A stretch of DNA of 63,397 nucleotides, the filler included, from Lenisia limosa (taxonomy: Eukaryota > Protista > Breviatea), in assembly GCA_001655205.1 (NCBI GenBank). It is 11 parts of 11 records of this genome, joined end to end, with 100 filler letters (N's around TTAATTAATTAA, not from the genome) between each part and the next. Parts side by side here need not be neighbours in the genome. Positions count along the whole stretch, not along the records: positions 56,117 to 62,100 come from LPNZ01003715.1; positions 62,201 to 63,397 come from LPNZ01003402.1; 9 more parts are not named here. One strand, written 5' to 3'. Positions 61,079 to 63,397 of this stretch are shown one piece after another. Each line of letters begins with the position of its first letter. Position 1 is the first letter of the stretch. The position numbers were made by a program, and so were the translations under genes. The notes under the pieces are model-generated. The model was not told the DNA's origin. It was given only the letters and a program-made list of their open reading frames with translations, and did not search any database.

Positions 61079-61790
61079 TTACATTTTGTTGAAGATCTCG
61101 ATTGCGTCCTTGAGCTTGATCGCACCACCTTCCCCGAGGGCAAGGTCAGTAGTTTTCGAAACCTGTGCAATGAGATATACAAGTTATCAACTGTATCAAG
61201 TTATGATGTAAAAAAAAAAACAACAAAAGGGATCGTGATGTTGAAATTAAACAAAGTATGATTTAGTTGGCCCAGTGGATTCCTACCCAAACCTGTTCTA
61301 TGCAACTCTTGACAACCGCGTCTCTATCGGCAAAAGAATAATCGGTCAGCTTGGTACCCTTAGATAATAATAAAACAATACAGGGATACCTGCAATTGAT
61401 TGAAAAATTAATGTCATAATTTAAAGTATTGTAATGTAGTCCACCCACCAGGCCCATAGCGTGATAGAACTTCTCAATGCACTGAATGCACTGTTCGGCC
61501 TGGTCGCGGCGGGTTCCGGTTCCTACAGGGGATTTAGGTCAGTCTTCACTTCGGTTCGAAAAAAAACCGGCAAAATATCGATAGTTTTCAAGGATTTAAA
61601 GAGAAATTCAGTCTTTTTTTGATCCGAAATGCCATAGATTTAGGGAGTCTGATGTGCCTTCTAGATCCGAGGAATTTTTTTTTAAAAAAAAACCCCTACC
61701 TTGAACACCGAAGACTTCACGCAACATCCTCACCAAACGTGCCTCCTTATACTCAATACGATGACGGTAGACAATGGGGCCCAGAACAGC
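61079..61790 (-). CDS. Iron-containing alcohol dehydrogenase, YqhD/BdhA-like, C-terminal exons
   Basis: AVLGPIVYRHRIEYKEARLVRMLREVFGVQ-GTGTRRDQAEQCIQCIEKFYHAMGL-GTKLTDYSF...-LALGEGGAIKLKDAIEIFNKM* parallels the YqhD C-terminus (LAIVLPAL..KRAKLLQYAERVW..FFEQLGVPTHLSDY). Confidence 0.7.
61540..61636. mobile_element. Family A MITE
   Basis: CTTCACTTCGGTTCGAAAA plus core; ADH intron. Confidence 0.8.
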
Positions 61791-62360
61791 CTATATTGTG
61801 AGTATGTTGTTTTTTTAGTCCGAAAAAGACCTTGAAGGTATCAATATGAATCAGGAATTTATCGAAAAATTCAGTATTTATTTGGGACCAGTGGGTTAGA
61901 CAAAAGCCATAATTGTGAGTATGCTGTTTTATAGTGACATCCATATCCTATGTATTTGTTTGTTTCCCAAGATTTCTAATGTATATTGTTCTCTTGTTCA
62001 AAACAAAAATGCGGATATGCAGAAAGCTGTGTACACTGAGTTGTAAGACAAATTGAGTGAATACATGATATAATATAGTTTATTGAAGGAAAGCTCACAT
62101 NNNNNNNNNNNNNNNNNNNNNNNNNNNNNNNNNNNNNNNNNNNNTTAATTAATTAANNNNNNNNNNNNNNNNNNNNNNNNNNNNNNNNNNNNNNNNNNNN
62201 ACCCCCCCCTCCAACAAAGCAAGGCCCTTCTCGCGAGAAAGGAAGTTTCGCGGCTCTCTGGCGGACGACACCATTGCCTGGGCTGGGAAGGGTCATGTTA
62301 AGTGATACAGTTAATATAGGGCTTCAATGCGTAGATTTTCATTCCGAAGTGCAGCTTTTG

Positions 62361-62461
62361 TAGGGCTTCACTTCGGTTCGAAAACAAGACTGAATTTACT
62401 GATAAACCCCCGAAAACTATCGATATCTCACTGGAATTTTTCGAACCGACGTGAAGGCTTA
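62361..62461. mobile_element. Family A MITE
   Basis: TAGGGCTTCACTTCGGTTCG...TTCGAACCGACGTGAAGGCTTA. Confidence 0.85.
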
Positions 62462-63276
62462 AATTGCAACACATCATATGTGTATTATATTAGAATACTA
62501 TTCTATTTGTTACGGTATAGATTACAATATTACAAAAGGGGGGCCATTTTCAACAAAATTACAATGCAGATGTTTCATCAAATTAAAATTACGATGTTAC
62601 CCCCCCCCCCCNNNNNNNNNNNNNNNNNNNNNNNNNNNNNNNNNNNNNNNNNNNNNNNNNNNNNNNNNNNNNNNNNNNNNNNNNNNNNNNNNNNNNNNNN
62701 NNNNNNNNNNNNNNACTGCTGGCCTAAATAATCAATTTCAATAGGAAATAAACTGAACAGGTTTCTAAGTAATATGACTAAATAGTCAAACACTACAAAA
62801 TACATCACTTTTTGGATCATTTTCATACGTGGGAAATATCCTTGTCTAAGCAGTATTATTGCTATATATATATCCACTCATGTGATAATTGACCGACAAG
62901 TCTCAATGAAACTCTGATACACTCGGGATAAACCCTTCTGTTATCTTCGTTCATCATTCGACCCGGAAGTCAGTCATAAGATCATATCACTAGTGGATAT
63001 GGGTTAACAAATGAGATCAAGGTTAGTGAAATGAGAATGGACAATTGAAAGTTCATGCCAAAAAGAATCTGTCATCAACACAATATGACACTACATAATA
63101 TGTACATCATATGTGATAACTGGTATTTGTGAAGTCCGGACACAAAATCAAATGACAATAAACTACTTGCCCCAGGAGTACAATAGGCTTAGCTATAATA
63201 CCTCATTGGCGAGCCAGGGAAAACATGAATTGATTAAGTATACTAATAAATTCAACAAAGCTCCCCAACCCCGCAC

Positions 63277-63355
63277 CCTTGTATGGAGTGAGTATTGTGA
63301 CCTGAGAGGCCTTGATTCCCGATTGGTGAACCAAATGATGGGCAAATGCAAGAAC
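63277..63355 (-). CDS. UPF1-like SF1 helicase (ZNFX1/AQR-type) C-terminal RecA2 exon
   Basis: AG/GT-bounded exon VLAFAHHLVHQSGIKASQVTILTPYK(G) matches the I.ILTPY.GQ motif. Only one exon recognised. Confidence 0.5.
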
Positions 63356-63397
63356 CTGGGAGAGTAACAAAGGAAATTAGATGAAGAATAAAAGCGC

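Noticed and set aside
8275-62200. Ten exact TTAATTAATTAA motifs centred in 100-nt N blocks (8275, 11706, 13613, 15970, 26682, 27806, 49807, 53390, 56017, 62101)
   Set aside because: An all-frame-stop linker used to concatenate contigs, not biology. Genes are truncated at each one.
318-63367. Most ORF-track entries, including poly-X ORFs and recurring SKTID/FISFH-like peptides
   Set aside because: They arise from N gaps, antisense frames of real exons, or translation of family A repeats.

Overview
Eukaryotic, intron-dense genomic DNA with short GT-AG introns (from about 38 nt). The gene set (MVP, COMMD10, animal-like TEA domain, GPR137/TOM1-like) suggests a unicellular amorphean such as a holozoan protist or amoebozoan; this is inference. 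The window is not one continuous locus: ten 100-nt spacers (44 N + TTAATTAATTAA + 44 N) join 11 contigs, and most genes are cut at these joins, so adjacency across them is not meaningful. I spliced genes by eye, so exon boundaries are approximate. Recognisable genes: GPR137/TOM1-like membrane protein, COMMD10, myosin motor, MCM10, G6PD, an MVP-repeat protein with an atypical C-terminus, NDP kinase, LAS1, a Cid1/TUT-type nucleotidyltransferase, a 15-kb Cys-rich multi-pass receptor, a NUP42-like C-terminus, a short TEA-domain factor, a MAST/Greatwall-like kinase, an ABCA NBD, a YqhD-like Fe-ADH and an SF1 helicase fragment. The most striking structure is a set of short intronic repeat families. 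Family A is a hAT-like hairpin MITE with 8-bp TSDs, family B is a TA-flanked Tc1-like MITE, and there are several foldback elements. Families C and D lack TIRs, are mostly sense-oriented and carry splice signals; family D directly supplies the 3' splice site of four introns in four different genes. No rRNA, tRNA or CRISPR array was found.
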